Assembly (NCBI GenBank): GCA_028534125.1
Contig: CM052817.1
Span: 68,822,001-68,886,000 of the forward strand
Length of the DNA: 64,000 nucleotides
Direction of reading: 5' to 3'
Source: Lama glama
Taxonomy: Eukaryota
The notes under the pieces were generated by a model. That model had not been told where the DNA came from. It searched no databases and worked only from the letters and a program-made list of their open reading frames with translations. Position 1 is the stretch's first letter. Each line of letters starts with the position of its first letter. The translations under genes were made by a program, and so were the position numbers. Positions 12,986 through 25,646 of this stretch are shown here, piece after piece.

Positions 12986-15900
12986 CTATGAAACTAGGAA
13001 TTACCTTCAAAGATGGTAAAACTCATGCTGACGTTAGGAGGGAGGATTTCTAGATTGAAAGTGTGAACAAGTATTTGGATTCTGACAAAATAGATCAGCT
13101 TCTTGAAAAATTTAAGCTGAAAGTTAATTTATTTACTGGGTGGGGGAGATGGGCTGCACCAGGTCTCTGGCCAATTATATGAGTTTTGATTATTGAAGCA
13201 GTGGGTAGAGACCATATTAATATTTAATTATGAAATATCTTGCCTTTGGTGCATAGAGAAGACAGAGGCCATTTAAAAAGACTTTGGCTTTGGCTTTTCT
13301 CTTCTGATTTTAAAACCATATCTATGGTGATAGGCAAGTCTCTTTTGAAAAATAATGAACATATAAAATGCAAACCAGTCACATTTATCCTTTCACAAGA
13401 ATTTGTAAAGATGCCTGAAAAGCACACAAAAATGCTTCTTTTAATCTTTTTAGGAGGATAGCTTAAGGTTGTTTTCAAAGTTTCAAGATTCAAATGCAAA
13501 GGACTCCACTTCTTTACAAGTGGTTTAATCCCATGGGTAGTGTGGTTATAATCCAGATGACTCTCTTGGGGGGCAAGGAGAAGCAATGCCAATATTTTTT
13601 GTGTGTTGAAAGGACCATAAAGGAGAAACAGATCATACTTTGTGGGTTGATAAATAGCTCCACACACACAGCCAGAAGAATGAACATTATGCACATTGCA
13701 CAGCTAACCTTATTTTTTTTTTAAGGCAGAAATGGGGGAGAGGAGTTGTGGTTTTTGTTATTTCTCTTTTCTGATCCCTTGCTTGGTGACATGGCAGGGA
13801 TAAGAAGGATATGTCAGAATTTAAAATGTGACATTGAAAGAAAAAGTTTAGAATATGATAAAGATTTAGGTATGGAACTCTTTTTCAATTTCCGTTTTAA
13901 AATGAAAAAATTGAAACTGGCTTTAGAAGTTATTAGAAGCAAAACATTGGTGGTCCCTTTCAGGTGACATGTGAAAAGAAAACTGAAGTGGAAACAAAAG
14001 CTGAGAAGAAAGTTTACTTTGCTTGGGCTCATTTTGTACTTGATAGATGACTTTGGGAAAGATCTATTTGCAGAAGAGCTCACTCTAATAGCGAGTAGGG
14101 AGTGCAGGAGAGGGGGATTTGTAGATAATAAAAGTATACCAGATGCATGTGAAAGCCTCAGTCATGAATACTCTTGGGAGTTCAAGATTATTCACACACA
14201 GAGCCTCTCCTCTCCTCTTCTCTCCTCTTCTTTTCTTTTGTTGTGTGACGCATTCATTAATACTAAGGGAGCCCACACTCACTTATCATATACACATAAT
14301 CTTCGTAACCCTGGGAAAAGTTCACTGGTGATATTTTCTTCCCTCTTATCCTCAAGAATTGTCTGTTCTAGATTGGACTAAATGAATTTTGCATTTTCTC
14401 ATGTAAGTGAAAACACCATTTCTTAAACACATCAAAGCCCATTTGAACTGGGTCACATCATAATTTATTTTATCAAACATTTAAATTTTTTCCAGATTTA
14501 AAAAATTACAGATTATTTCAAATTTTGTGTGCCAAATTCTGCCCTCAGTTATGCAGATGCAGCTAATTACATACACAACTGAGGGCAGAGTTTGGCTTTG
14601 GTGCTGAAAGTCTCTGGAGCTCTGATTTTTTTTTTTTTTTCCCTCTTGGAAAAGCACAGACTTCAATCTATGAATTAAATAAAATCTTCAAAATAATTTA
14701 CATCACTTTCCCAAAGTTGCTTTCAGGAACCAATTAGTTATTCACCACACCCTGGTGTAGTCACTCTTTATCTTTTTTGCAGTGAGACAATAGTCACAAA
14801 ATGACCTATTTATTTACTTGAAGCCATATAAGCAAGAGTGATGGGATTAAGGTTACAACTGAGCAGTCTGTGTTCTGTGATGATAGCTGGAACTATTTAT
14901 TAACATTACATAATTGTGTGATGAATTTGTTATTTTCTTGAGTCTTGCCTTTTATTATTCAAAATAATAATGGCTTTATTTTACTTTTTCCTAATTATAA
15001 AGATAATATTAGAAACAATTTAAGTAATATAGAAAAGTGTAGAGAATAAGATTATCACTTAAATTCTCACCACTACAAGGGTGCCCTTTATATTTTGTTG
15101 AATTTTCTTCTCGGAATGTCAACTGACTTTTCCTCTAATTTTGTATTGATATAATATTAGACCTTTTTTTTTCACCAGCATTTTTCACCAGAAAAGTATT
15201 GGAAATAATTGCCCATCAAGCAATACAGATACACTTCTTTTAAGGTCCACATACCGTTCCACTGGATCAACAAGTCTTCAGTCAATCAGTTAATTTCACA
15301 AGAAGAAATGTGCTTCCTTGCTGTAAACACTGTCGTTATGGACACATTTGTTTATTGTAATTAATAACTGGAACTCTCTTCTTTTTTAGCTATGCTCCAA
15401 ATCTCAGATTTCCACTAAATCTATTTGTCCTATTTTAAAACTATAATTTGGGTTGCACATTTCTAGAATTATACTCAGACCTGAAACTTGAAAATGTGGC
15501 AATGGAAAATGTGAATAACATAGGTATGTGAAGTCTTCAGAAAAGTCTTAAATATATTTTATAAATTGATATATATTGTGAGTTTTATCTCCATTTCTTT
15601 CCTTGACAATCTTTAGGAGCTTAGAGTAAGCAATGGAGTGGAAAGTCTTGGATAATCCATGCGCTGGGCAATCAATTGCCAAACACTAAATTCGGGGTAA
15701 AGTGTTTATACTTACAAAAATAGTGTTTGAAAAATTAAGGGAAACTCCATACAGGCTCTGCAAATTACCATTTTCCTTTTTGTTCCTCCTACTCCTCACC
15801 TCCTAAGACCCTTTTACACACTGCCCTCATAAAAACTCAGATCCATTATCAACCTTGTATTCTTTACCTTCTAATCTTATTCTGTGTAGCCTACTCAGGG

Positions 15901-16124
15901 ACACTGTTCTAGCGATATTCCCTTCTTCCTCTCTCATCATCGGATATTCCCTCTCTACTGACTTATTCTCATGAATATATAAATATGCAGTTTTTCTTTT
16001 ATTTAAAAAGTATTTCTCTTTACCCATTTTCCACTCCATCTACCAGCCTATTTCTTGACTCCCCTTTGGAGCAAAGAAGTTATTTTTACTCCCTGATTTC
16101 AATTCTTCTTCCTTCTCTTTCTTT

Positions 16125-17662
16125 TTATTATTTTTACTTAAAAAAATTTTATTGAAGTATAGTCAGTTACAATATGTCAAGTTCTGGTGTATAGCCAATA
16201 TCCGAATCATATATATACATACATATATTCATTTCATATTCTTTTTCATTAAAGGTTATTACAAGATATTGAATATAGTTCCCTGTGCTGTACAGAAGAA
16301 ATTATTTTTAATCTATTTTAATATATAGTGGCTAACATTTGCAAATCTCAAACTCCCAAATTTATCCCTTCCCACCCCCTTGCCCTCAGTAACTATAAGA
16401 TTGTTTAATATGTGTTTCTGTTTTGTCCATGAGTTCATCAGTGTCCTCCTTTTTTCATTTTTTAGATTCCACATATGAGTTATATCATATGGTAGTTCTC
16501 TTTGTCTTTCTGGCTTACTTCACTTAGAATGATGATCTCTAAGTCCATTCATGTTGGACCTTTTAAACCTTTGTCAGTAGCATCATTTGCGAATATTTTC
16601 TCCCAGTCCGTAAGTTGTTGTTTTGTTTTGCTTATGGTTTCCTTTGCTGTGCAAATGCTTATAAGTTTAATTAGGTCCCAATTGTTAATTTTTGCTTTTA
16701 TTTCCATTGCCTGAGTAGACTACCCTAGGAGAAAATTTCTAAGATTTATGTCAGAGAATGTTTTGCCTGTGTATTTTTCTAGGAGGTTTATCATGTCTTC
16801 TCTTATATTTAAGTCTTTAATCCATTTTGAGTTTGTTTTTGGGTATGGTGTGAGGGTCTGTTCTAATTTCATTGATTTACATGCTGCTGTCCAATTTTCC
16901 CAATACCACTTGCTGAAAAGACTGTCTTTTCTCCGTTGTATATTCTTGCCTCCTTTGTTGAAGATTAATTGACCATAGGTCTGTAGGTTTATTTCTGGGC
17001 TCTCTATTCTGTTCCATTGAGCCATGTCTGTTTCTGCCAATACCAAGCTGTAGCTCTGTACTACTATCTGAAGTCTGGGAGGGTTATTCCTCCAAGTTCA
17101 TTCTTTTTCTTCACTATTGCTTTGGTAATTCTGGGTGTTTTGTGATTCCATAGAAATTTTAGAGTTATTTGTTGTAGTTCTGTGAAAAATATCTTGGGTA
17201 ATTTGATAAAGATTGAATTAAATCTGTAGATTGCCTTGGGCAGTATGGCCATTTTAACAATATTGATTCTTCCAATCCAAGAACATGGGGTATCTTTCCA
17301 TTTCTTTAAGTCATCTTTAATTTCCTTAATCAAGTTTTGTAGTTCTCCATGTATAAGTCTTTCACCTCCTTGGTCAGATTTATTCCTAAGTATTTTATTG
17401 TTTTGGATGCAATTTTAAAAGGGATTGTTTCTTTACTTTCTTTTCCTACAATTTCATTGTTAGTGTAAAGAAATGCAACTGGTTTCTGTATGTTAATCTT
17501 GTATGCTGCTACCTTGCCGAATTCTTTTATCAGATCTAGTAGTTTTTGTGTGGAGCTTCTAGGGTTTTCTATATATAGTTTCATGTCATCTGCATATAAT
17601 GACAATTTTATCTCTTCTCTTCCAATTTGGATCCCTTTTATTTCTTTTCCTTGCTTAATTGC
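16125..17662 (-). mobile_element. 5'-truncated young L1 (ORF2 RT to 3' end) with an internal deletion
   Basis: ORFs 17330..17605 (YADDM RT motif), 17064..17333 ([24 protein letters not shown]) and 16720..17046 (QWNRIESPEI) are frameshifted L1 ORF2 pieces. 3' end reads 'ttattgaagtatagtcag'. Confidence 0.97.
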
Positions 17663-18765
17663 TCCTTTCTCTTTTAATTCAATCTAATCAGGCTTTCTCC
17701 CTCACAAGTCTTCTTAAGGTCACCAGTGACCTTCTTGATCTTAAATATGATGGTCCTCATCTTACTTGACTTGTCAGTATCATTTGACACATTTGATCAC
17801 TCACTCTTCCTTAATGAAATGTCTACTTAGTTTCCAGAATGCCACTGTGTTTCAGTTTTCTTCCCATCTTACTGGTTGCTCTTTCTCAGTCTCCTTGGTT
17901 GGATTCTCTCCTTCTTCCTGACTTCTTAGTTTGGAATATTAGATTATTCTCTTTTCTCCCTCCTCTTTATCTACACTCATAGCCTTAAAACCTCTCTATG
18001 ATAATTACTGTCATATTTACACCTCTAGGACCATCTGTCTTCCAGACTTATCATTTAGCAAGATTTCCATTCGGTGTTCAATACCACTCAAACTCAGAAT
18101 GTCAGACAATGAACTCCTGATCTTTCTCAGTCATCCACAATCCTGCCTCACTAAACTTCAGTTCCACCAACTCTATCCCCACCATTGCTTATGACAACTA
18201 GAAAGCCATCTTTGACTATTTTTGTTCTTTCACATCCCACATTTAATCTTTCAGGGAATCTTGTTAGCTCTAATTTCAGAATACACCGAGAATCTACTCA
18301 TTTCTCAACCCCTCCACTGAATCACTAGAATCCCTGATCAGGTTCCCCATTATTCTCATCTCCTTAGAGTCTCTTAAAACTTGAATCATACCATGGCAAT
18401 CCCCTCTTTAAGATCCTAAAATGCCTCCCCATTTTACTCAAGGTAAAAACTACAGTCCGTGCAATGACTATAAGGCTGGGGCCTTCCATTTCCTCTCTAA
18501 CTTCTACTGTTCTCTCCCCTATGCGGTCTCCTACAATCACAGTTGGCCCCTTGTTATTTTTCAGATATGCAGGGGGTTTTCCCACCTTTAGATCTTTCCT
18601 TTGTTCTCCTAGATAGCTGCATAATTAACACTTTCATCTCCTTCAAGTCTTTGACTAAATCCCACTTTCTAATTGAAGCCTACCATGACTACCTTATTTA
18701 ATATTACATCCTGTCTCTTCCATCTTTGGTATTTCCTATCTCCCTTATCCTACACTGCTTTGTGG

Positions 18766-18834
18766 TATGTGTGTGTATGTGTGTGTGTGTGCGCGTGTGT
18801 GTGTATCTGTGTATCTGTGTATATGTGTGTGTGT
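18766..18834. repeat. Imperfect (TG)n microsatellite
   Basis: Directly visible TG dinucleotide run. Confidence 0.9.
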
Positions 18835-20777
18835 TTCATAGTATTATCTTTGAAAATAGTATATTTGCTTCAAAATAAAACTTTTTGTGTAATTTCTCTG
18901 CCCACACTAGAATATTATCCTTTAATATATCCTTGAGGACAGGGATCTTTGTTGTAAGTGGTGGAATTATGGATAGTTATCCCATTATTAAAAATATGAA
19001 TAAAATAATAAAAATAAAAACCAAATAAAAACAAGACATGGATACGTCAATGATGAGAATTTATCCCAAAGAATAGATTGTGGTTAATCCAATTGTATGC
19101 ATATAAGATTCAAAAAAATAAAAAAGAAGAATCAGGGTGCAAAGTAAGACCATTGAGATAAAAGGAAACAATGTGAACTGAATGTTTTTTGTTTATAAAT
19201 TTTGCTATGTTTTAAATGATTTTGAGAGAGGAGTGAAGAGGCTACGAATGTTGCTGTTTGAATCTTGATTTAAGATTGGTTGGGGATTATGATAATTATA
19301 GGATAAAAAGGAAGAAATTTTGGCTTTGAAATATAAATGTATACATAATTGGTCCAACCCATTAACGCTACTGAACTTTCCCTTCAGCTGTAGATGATTA
19401 GCCACTAAAAATGTCAAAGTTTATTTTGAGAATATTGAAGACTACTCTAGTGCCTTGAAATAATTAGCTCCTCAAATCCTCATTAAGAAATAGAGCATAT
19501 ACAAAGCTATAAGACTTGGCTAGCCAAGAAAGCAAAAGGGTTTTGAGCATTTTATTCAGTGAGGTAAATTAGCATGTTTTGTTCCAATTGGTTAACCAAA
19601 TGTTGAAAATATGGTAGACTACTTTTGGAAGGAATGAAAATTTCCTCAGCTCAGGGAGAAAGAGGGCACAATGAGATGTCAGGCCCACATAAGTTATTTT
19701 GTTGCAAAGACTAGTTGTTTATGTCCACTGATTTTGCTGCCAATTGTCTGTAGTAAAGCAGAATAGTTTTTGAGGGCTTATTTTAAAAATATTTTTAAAT
19801 GTCAGCATTTGATGAAACAACTAATGATTGAAAGTAAGAACTCAACAAATATTAGTTCAGATGTGCCTGGCTGTAAAACAAGAGAAAATATTCAGGTATG
19901 AAAAATTGAGGGTAAATTTCTTATTTTTTTATTGAGCTTTAAAATGTAAGGCAATTTCTATACTATTTGTTAGGGTTTGGAGGGCCCCAAATTAAATACC
20001 CTCTTCTCCTTTATAGGGGTAAACTAAGGCATTAGGTAGATGGAGATCAGAATGCCAGCTTTATTACTAATTAAAGTCTGGTCTGAAGAAAGAACTTAGA
20101 TATGTAGCCCCAGTAGCCCTCCTAACACTTTGCCACTATGAGATACACTCATCTGGCTAAGCAATGCATGATAAGGGCAGACCTCCTTCATTGATCAGGA
20201 TGTTTACCATATGATATGGAGCAGACCTGAAGGCAGGACTCTTGGATAGATGGCTCCAGAAAGAGAGAAAAAGAGGAAAAAGCTGAGAAAACTTGCTTAG
20301 TGACTTCTCCCACATCCAAAAATCAGACCAACTGATTTTCTTCCCATAGGGAGAGGAAAGTCAAGGTTTTAAGAAAGGCTGAATGGTTTATAGCTAAAGC
20401 CTCCCGAGCTGGAGACAGGAAGAACAGAGGATATATCCGCCCCCTTAACCGCAGCACACTTTACTCATCACAATGTGTGATCTGTTACGTTAATAGCAAT
20501 TATTCTATGTGTTTCAGAATGTGTGTGTTAGTGGGAAGAGGGGAATGGGGATTATTAAATTTCAAATTTTCCACCTCCGTTTCTCAGGCAATTACACAAA
20601 CTGTTGCAAATCAGAGACTCGTACGTTGTTGGCCTGCACCCTGCTATGAGTTAATGTTCATGAGTTGATGATGGCTTAGCCATGGGTGAAGGAGAAGGGG
20701 GGAAAAGTAACAGTGCTTTTATTCATGAGCAGAGGCCAGGATGCTGAGAAAATCCTCTGCCGCTGCTGAAGGCAGCA

Positions 20778-20796
20778 CTGCTGCCATCTGCTGGAC
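20778..20796 (-). promoter_or_regulatory. Candidate CTCF binding site
   Basis: Minus strand reads GTCCAGCAGATGGCAGCAG, matching the CTCF core CCASYAGRKGGCRS. It lies in apparently unique, relatively GC-rich sequence. Confidence 0.6.
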
Positions 20797-20859
20797 TGTG
20801 AGCAGGAGGACCCCATACTGATAGGAGTCATTTCAATTTCTTCTCTCTCCCACTTAGGA

Positions 20860-21135
20860 GGCATTATGCCAGGCGCCCGGGTGGGGGCATCTAAAGATAG
20901 CAGATCATGGTCTCTGCACTTGAGGAGCTGGGAATTTAACAGGGGAGAGAGACTTCACTCAGGAGACTGTGATAAGTATGGCCCTAATGAGAGAGCCATG
21001 AGATGGTGGGATCCACCTCCATTAAGAGTATCAGGTAAAGATTTACAGACGAGGTGACCCAAGTTTCTGTTGGAAGCAAAGGTAGGGGGTTCTACAAGGA
21101 GAGACAGGGAAAGGGAATTCTAAGGGGACGCTCCT
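20860..21135 (-). mobile_element. L2 fragment
   Basis: Motifs 'atgccaggc...catggtctctgcacttgaggagct' and 'gggaattctaagggg'. Confidence 0.5.
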
Positions 21136-22677
21136 CCCAACAATTTAGTTCTACTGGCCCATGAAGAGGCTAATGAAATTTCCTACCCTTTTTAGAAATA
21201 GATTCATTCTTTTATTTCTCTGTTACGAACAGACTTTCTTTAGTTTATAATTGTTTTCATCCACTGATTAGACTTTTTACTAATATTAATACTAACGATG
21301 AAAGTTATGGGTATGGTAATAAAAAGTAATATACCCCTCCCTCATAATGCCCCAATGGGGTATCTCCCATGCTCTAACCTGAAAAACATGGGGAGACTTC
21401 ATTTAGTGAATTTCTTTGGTCTGTGGTTTACCATAGCGTAAGTTTATGAGGTTGACTTTTACAAATTCAATCTTAATCAGATATTGATTTTGTCCTAAGC
21501 AAACTCTAAATATCACAAATAAAGCTTTCACCAGTTTAGAAGCCATCTATAACTCATAAGTATAATTAGGTTTAAACGATGCTGAGATTTCACACAATCT
21601 CTGTTCAACACTTGTGATTTTCTATTCTGTTTCTACTGCCTGAATAGTGGTCAGCTAGATAGTTCCCAATTATAAGTTGTGGTATGTTAAGGACCCAGCA
21701 AGTTACAAAATAATAACTTTGATTTGGCAACAGCAGAACAAAATGAAATCATGGCCAGCATGAAGCTTGACATATGACAAATGATATGTTCAGGTTGCAG
21801 ATATGAATGTACAGTGGAGATGTTCTGCCTGAATTTCATTTGACTTTCCTGCAGTCATCGAGATGGGTGTCTTTCAATCTTTGTGTCACTGGAGGTTGGT
21901 TTGTGTGGGACTTGAGTGATAAACCTGTCAAATACAACGAAGTTTGTGATTCCACTGGGCCCCATCATAAAAATCCGTTTTGAAACCTGCCAAACTTTAG
22001 TGAAATTGGGTGATTCTGGGGCTAGGGCTTACTGCATAGATTTGGATAATGCCTGCACATATGTTTAAAATAACCTCTTATTTCAAATATGTTTATGTTT
22101 AAGACTCCTTCAGTAAAGGATTTGTAACAGTAAATAAATACAATGGAAAACAAGTTTAAACAAATGTTTTAAATTTATTTATCCACTTAGTGTTTGAAAT
22201 ACTCTATTCTCCACCCAAAGCTACATTTCCTTCCACCACAATCTCTTCTTTCTAAATCCAAATGTTCTTAACATTAATTTAGAAGATGTGTAAAGCCAGG
22301 CCAAGGAGGATGAGACAAAACTATAAAATCCAATTAGAAAGTGTAAGGAAATGAGCCAAAGTGGAAGCAATGCCAGTACCCGGGACAATGTGAAAATACT
22401 AGACAAAGACCCAGCTTTGGAGATGTATCAGACTGAAAGTGATGACATCTTCTTGTTGAGCCACGAAGAGACGCAACATTCTCCCGGGCTTGGGTGGCTT
22501 ACAGTTTATCTGAGGAGGTACGGCTTGTTCAGATAAAACTGACTGAGATGGCAAAACAGCAGGTGCTGGGCCAGCCAGTGCGCTCGACAGCAGGGGTGCA
22601 ACATCAAGGCTTAATGTGATTGGGAACAAATTATGGGGAGGGTAGAGATTAATTTAGATCTTCCTCTCTCAATTTTT

Positions 22678-25646
22678 TAAAAAAAATTTTTGGTATATGT
22701 ATATATTTTTATTGAAGTATAGTCAGTTTACAATGTCGTGTCAATTTCTGGTGTACAGCATAATGCTTCAGTCGTACACGAAAATACATATATTTGTTTT
22801 CATATTCTTTTTCACCATAAGTTACTGCAAGGTATTGAATGTAGTTTCCTGTGCTAAATAAGTATGAACTTGTTGTTTATCTATTTTATATATAGTAGTT
22901 AGTATCTGCAAATCTCGAACTCCCAATTTATCCCCTCCCACCCCTCTCCCCACCTGGTAACCACAAGCTTATTCTCTATGTCTGTGAGGCTGTTTCTATT
23001 TTGTAAATAAGTTTGTTTCTCTTTTTAGAGTTTTAGATTCCACATATAAGTGATACCATATGGTATTTTTCTTTCTCTTTCTGGCTTACTTCACTTAGAA
23101 TGACAGTCTCTAGGTCCATCCATGTTGCTGCAGATGGCATTATTTTATTATTTTTATGGCTGAGTAGTTTTCCATTTTATAAATATACCACAGCTTCTTT
23201 ATCCAGTCACCTGTCAACGGACATTTAGGTTGCTTTCATGTCTTGGCTATTGTATAGTGCTACTATGAACATTGGGGTGCATGTATCTTTTTGTATTAAG
23301 TTTCCCTCTGGATACATGCCCAGGAATGGGATTGTTGGATCATGTGGTAAGTCTATTTTTAGTCTTTTGAGGAATCTTAATACTGTTTTCTATAATGGCT
23401 GCACCGAACTACTTTCCCACTGACATTGTAGGAGGGTTCACAGCCTCTCCAGCATTTATTGTTTGTGGACTTTTGAATGATGGCCATTCTGACTGGTGTG
23501 AGGTGATCCCTCATTGTAGTTTTGATCTGCATTTCTCTGATAATTAATGATATTGAGCATTTTTTCATGTGCCTATTGTCCATTTACATGTCTTCATTGA
23601 AGAATTGCTTGTTTAGGTCTTCTGTCCATTTTTGGATTGGTTTATTTTTTTCTTAAGTTGTATGAACTGTTTATATATTCTGGAAATTAAGCCCTTGTCA
23701 GTCTCATCTTTTGCAAATCTTTAGGTTGTCTTTTTGTTTTTCTTGTGGTTCCCTTTGTTGTGCAAAAGCTGATAAGTTTAATTAGGGCCCATTTGTTTAT
23801 TTTTGCTTTTGTTTCTGGGTAGACTGCCCTAGGAGAGTTTTCTGTTTTTAATTGGCTCCTCTTTATAAATTCTATTTCCTTTTCATAGTTTTCTCTGTCT
23901 CTGTTTATAGTCTCTCTTATTTCCTTCAGTGCTTCTATCAGCCCATTTTTGAAGTCATGATCTAGTAGACTGTCAAGGTCTGTCTCACTGTTTGCTCTTT
24001 CAGGGGACTTCTCTTGTTCTTTTAGTTAGGAGTGGTTCCTCTGCTTCTTCATTTTACTTATATTTCTCTGGCTGTATGGATTTAGGAGTATCAGTTATCT
24101 ACTGTGGTCTTGAAGGGCTGTTTGTTTGCTTGTTTTTATTTAAAGTGGGAGCATTCCTGTGTAGACTGTGTGCATCTAATAGTTTTGTTGCAAGGACTGT
24201 TCTTAGTGTGGATGGTCGTCCTGTCTTTCTTCGGTGTGTGTTGGCTGTCATCCCTTTGACTGGGGTGCGGTTGGTGCTGTGGTGATCAGAGCCTGCCCTG
24301 ATTGTTGTTGTTGAGCGGGGCCTTCTGTTTTGTTTTGTGGTTGTCACAGCCTTGACAGGGGCCAGGTCTGACCCCCTGTTGCTGGAATTGGGGCTTCTAG
24401 ACCTGTTTCTGAGCTGTGGTGTGTGGTAGGCAGGGTTGGAATGCTCCAGCTCAGAAGAGTCGCCGTGTATACCTCCACAGGAGATGTCCACTGGGAGGTC
24501 CCCTCTGTGGTATCATCTGTCATTTGTTATGTGGCTTACAAAGTACTCTTTGTTGATGCTGCCTTTGTCTCCGCCTTAGCTGCAGGAAACTTGGCCACCC
24601 ACTCTGGTGTCCCCCAGGTTCTGGGCCCCAGGAACCACCATTGCAGATCCGCCAATGTCAGGCACTAGGACCTGCTGTAGCAAGCTTCCAATCACACACC
24701 TGAATCTGTGGTGCGCAGTGGGTCAGCGCAGACCCCAGCCCCGCCTCTGCTTACTGTATGTTATACAGGTCTATTGTAAATACCAGTATTCGCCCTGCTG
24801 TGCACAGGAACTCCGCTCACTGCCTGTTCACCCCAGAAGCATGGGTCCACAAAGAGTCCAGAGAGAGCCAATCTGCCCTCTCTGCCTGGGACTGTAAACA
24901 AATTCCAGTCCCATCTGTTAAGTTGCAGGACTGCTGGGTATGGATTCAGCTTTCAGCCCTGCATCTGCACAGTGGTGATGACTATGACCAAGCCCCACCT
25001 CTCTTCTCACGAGAACACACCAACCATGGAGCCAAGTGGACACAGCGGCTATGGCGCAGCTGCACTGCGCCCCTCCACCCCTCTACCCACCAGCAGTGGT
25101 ACTTTTTTATGGGGGTCCTAGGCTGTTCTGTTCCGCACACACTTCCTGCCAGAGCCTACACTGCCTGTGAGGCTGCCTCTGTACAGTGGGCCTCTGCACT
25201 CTGCCTGGGCTTCTCACCCATGTCCAGCAGCCCGTCCCATCTTGTCCCTGACAGCTCTCATCTAGGGCCGGGGATCTCAGGGACCCTCCGTGCCAATGTA
25301 CCTTAGTTCTGTCTGCCAAACGGCTGCCACTTTCTCCTCTGAGCCTCGAAAACTCCACTTCTGTCCCCGCTGACCTCCTGGCTGGAGAGGGGACTCCCAG
25401 CGTGAGGGTGCCTTTCTTCCTATGCTGCTCCCTCCCTGCAGGACCAGTCCTACGTGGATTTTTTTTTCTTTTTTCTTTTTTTCTCTTACCGGATTTTGTG
25501 AGATCCTCCTGTATTTCGAAGTGAGAGACACTATGCTAGAGTTCAGTAAGTGTTCTGTGCGATTCTGTGGGTTTATAGATATAATTTTTGGTGTATTTGT
25601 GGGAGAGGGTAAGCTGTGAGCTACTCCGCCATCTTGGCACCTCCCC
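22678..25646 (-). mobile_element. Internally deleted L1: intact 5' end and ~1.6 kb 5'UTR, ~73 codons of ORF1, fused to the ORF2 C-terminus and 3'UTR
   Basis: Minus strand starts 'gggaggtgccaagatggcggagtag'. ORF1 ATG at 24052 reads MKKQRNHS*LKEQEKSPE...KRSQLKTENS. Junction at ~23836. ORF 23377..23583 is ORF2-like. Flanking repeat ctcaattttt at 22668-22677 and 25652-25661. Confidence 0.92.
25626..25635 (-). promoter_or_regulatory. YY1 site at the L1 5' end
   Basis: AAGATGGCGG about 10 nt from the element start, the canonical position in mammalian L1 promoters. Confidence 0.8.

Larger units (their letters stand above)
15780..18960 (+). mobile_element. Long L2 remnant interrupted by the L1 at ~16125-17662
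   Basis: Motifs 'aaggtcaccagtgacc', 'gtatcatttgacacatttgatcactc', 'gccatctttgact' and 'ctcatctccttcaagtct'-like text; L2-like sequence is present on both sides of the L1. Confidence 0.8.

Noticed and set aside
13224..14381. ORFs of 156 aa (-) and 136 aa (+) as genes
   Set aside because: No recognisable domain, overlapping ORFs on both strands, and composition typical of translated non-coding DNA.
16720..17605. Functional reverse transcriptase gene
   Set aside because: It consists of three frameshifted pieces of a 5'-truncated L1 ORF2.
22582..22602. Second CTCF site (gacagcaggggtgc)
   Set aside because: Mismatches at core positions make it too weak to call.
23825..23845. Spliced L1 RNA origin of the ORF1/ORF2 junction
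   Set aside because: The acceptor-like 'tctcctag' of ORF2 is retained in the fusion rather than removed, so splicing at that AG does not explain the junction.
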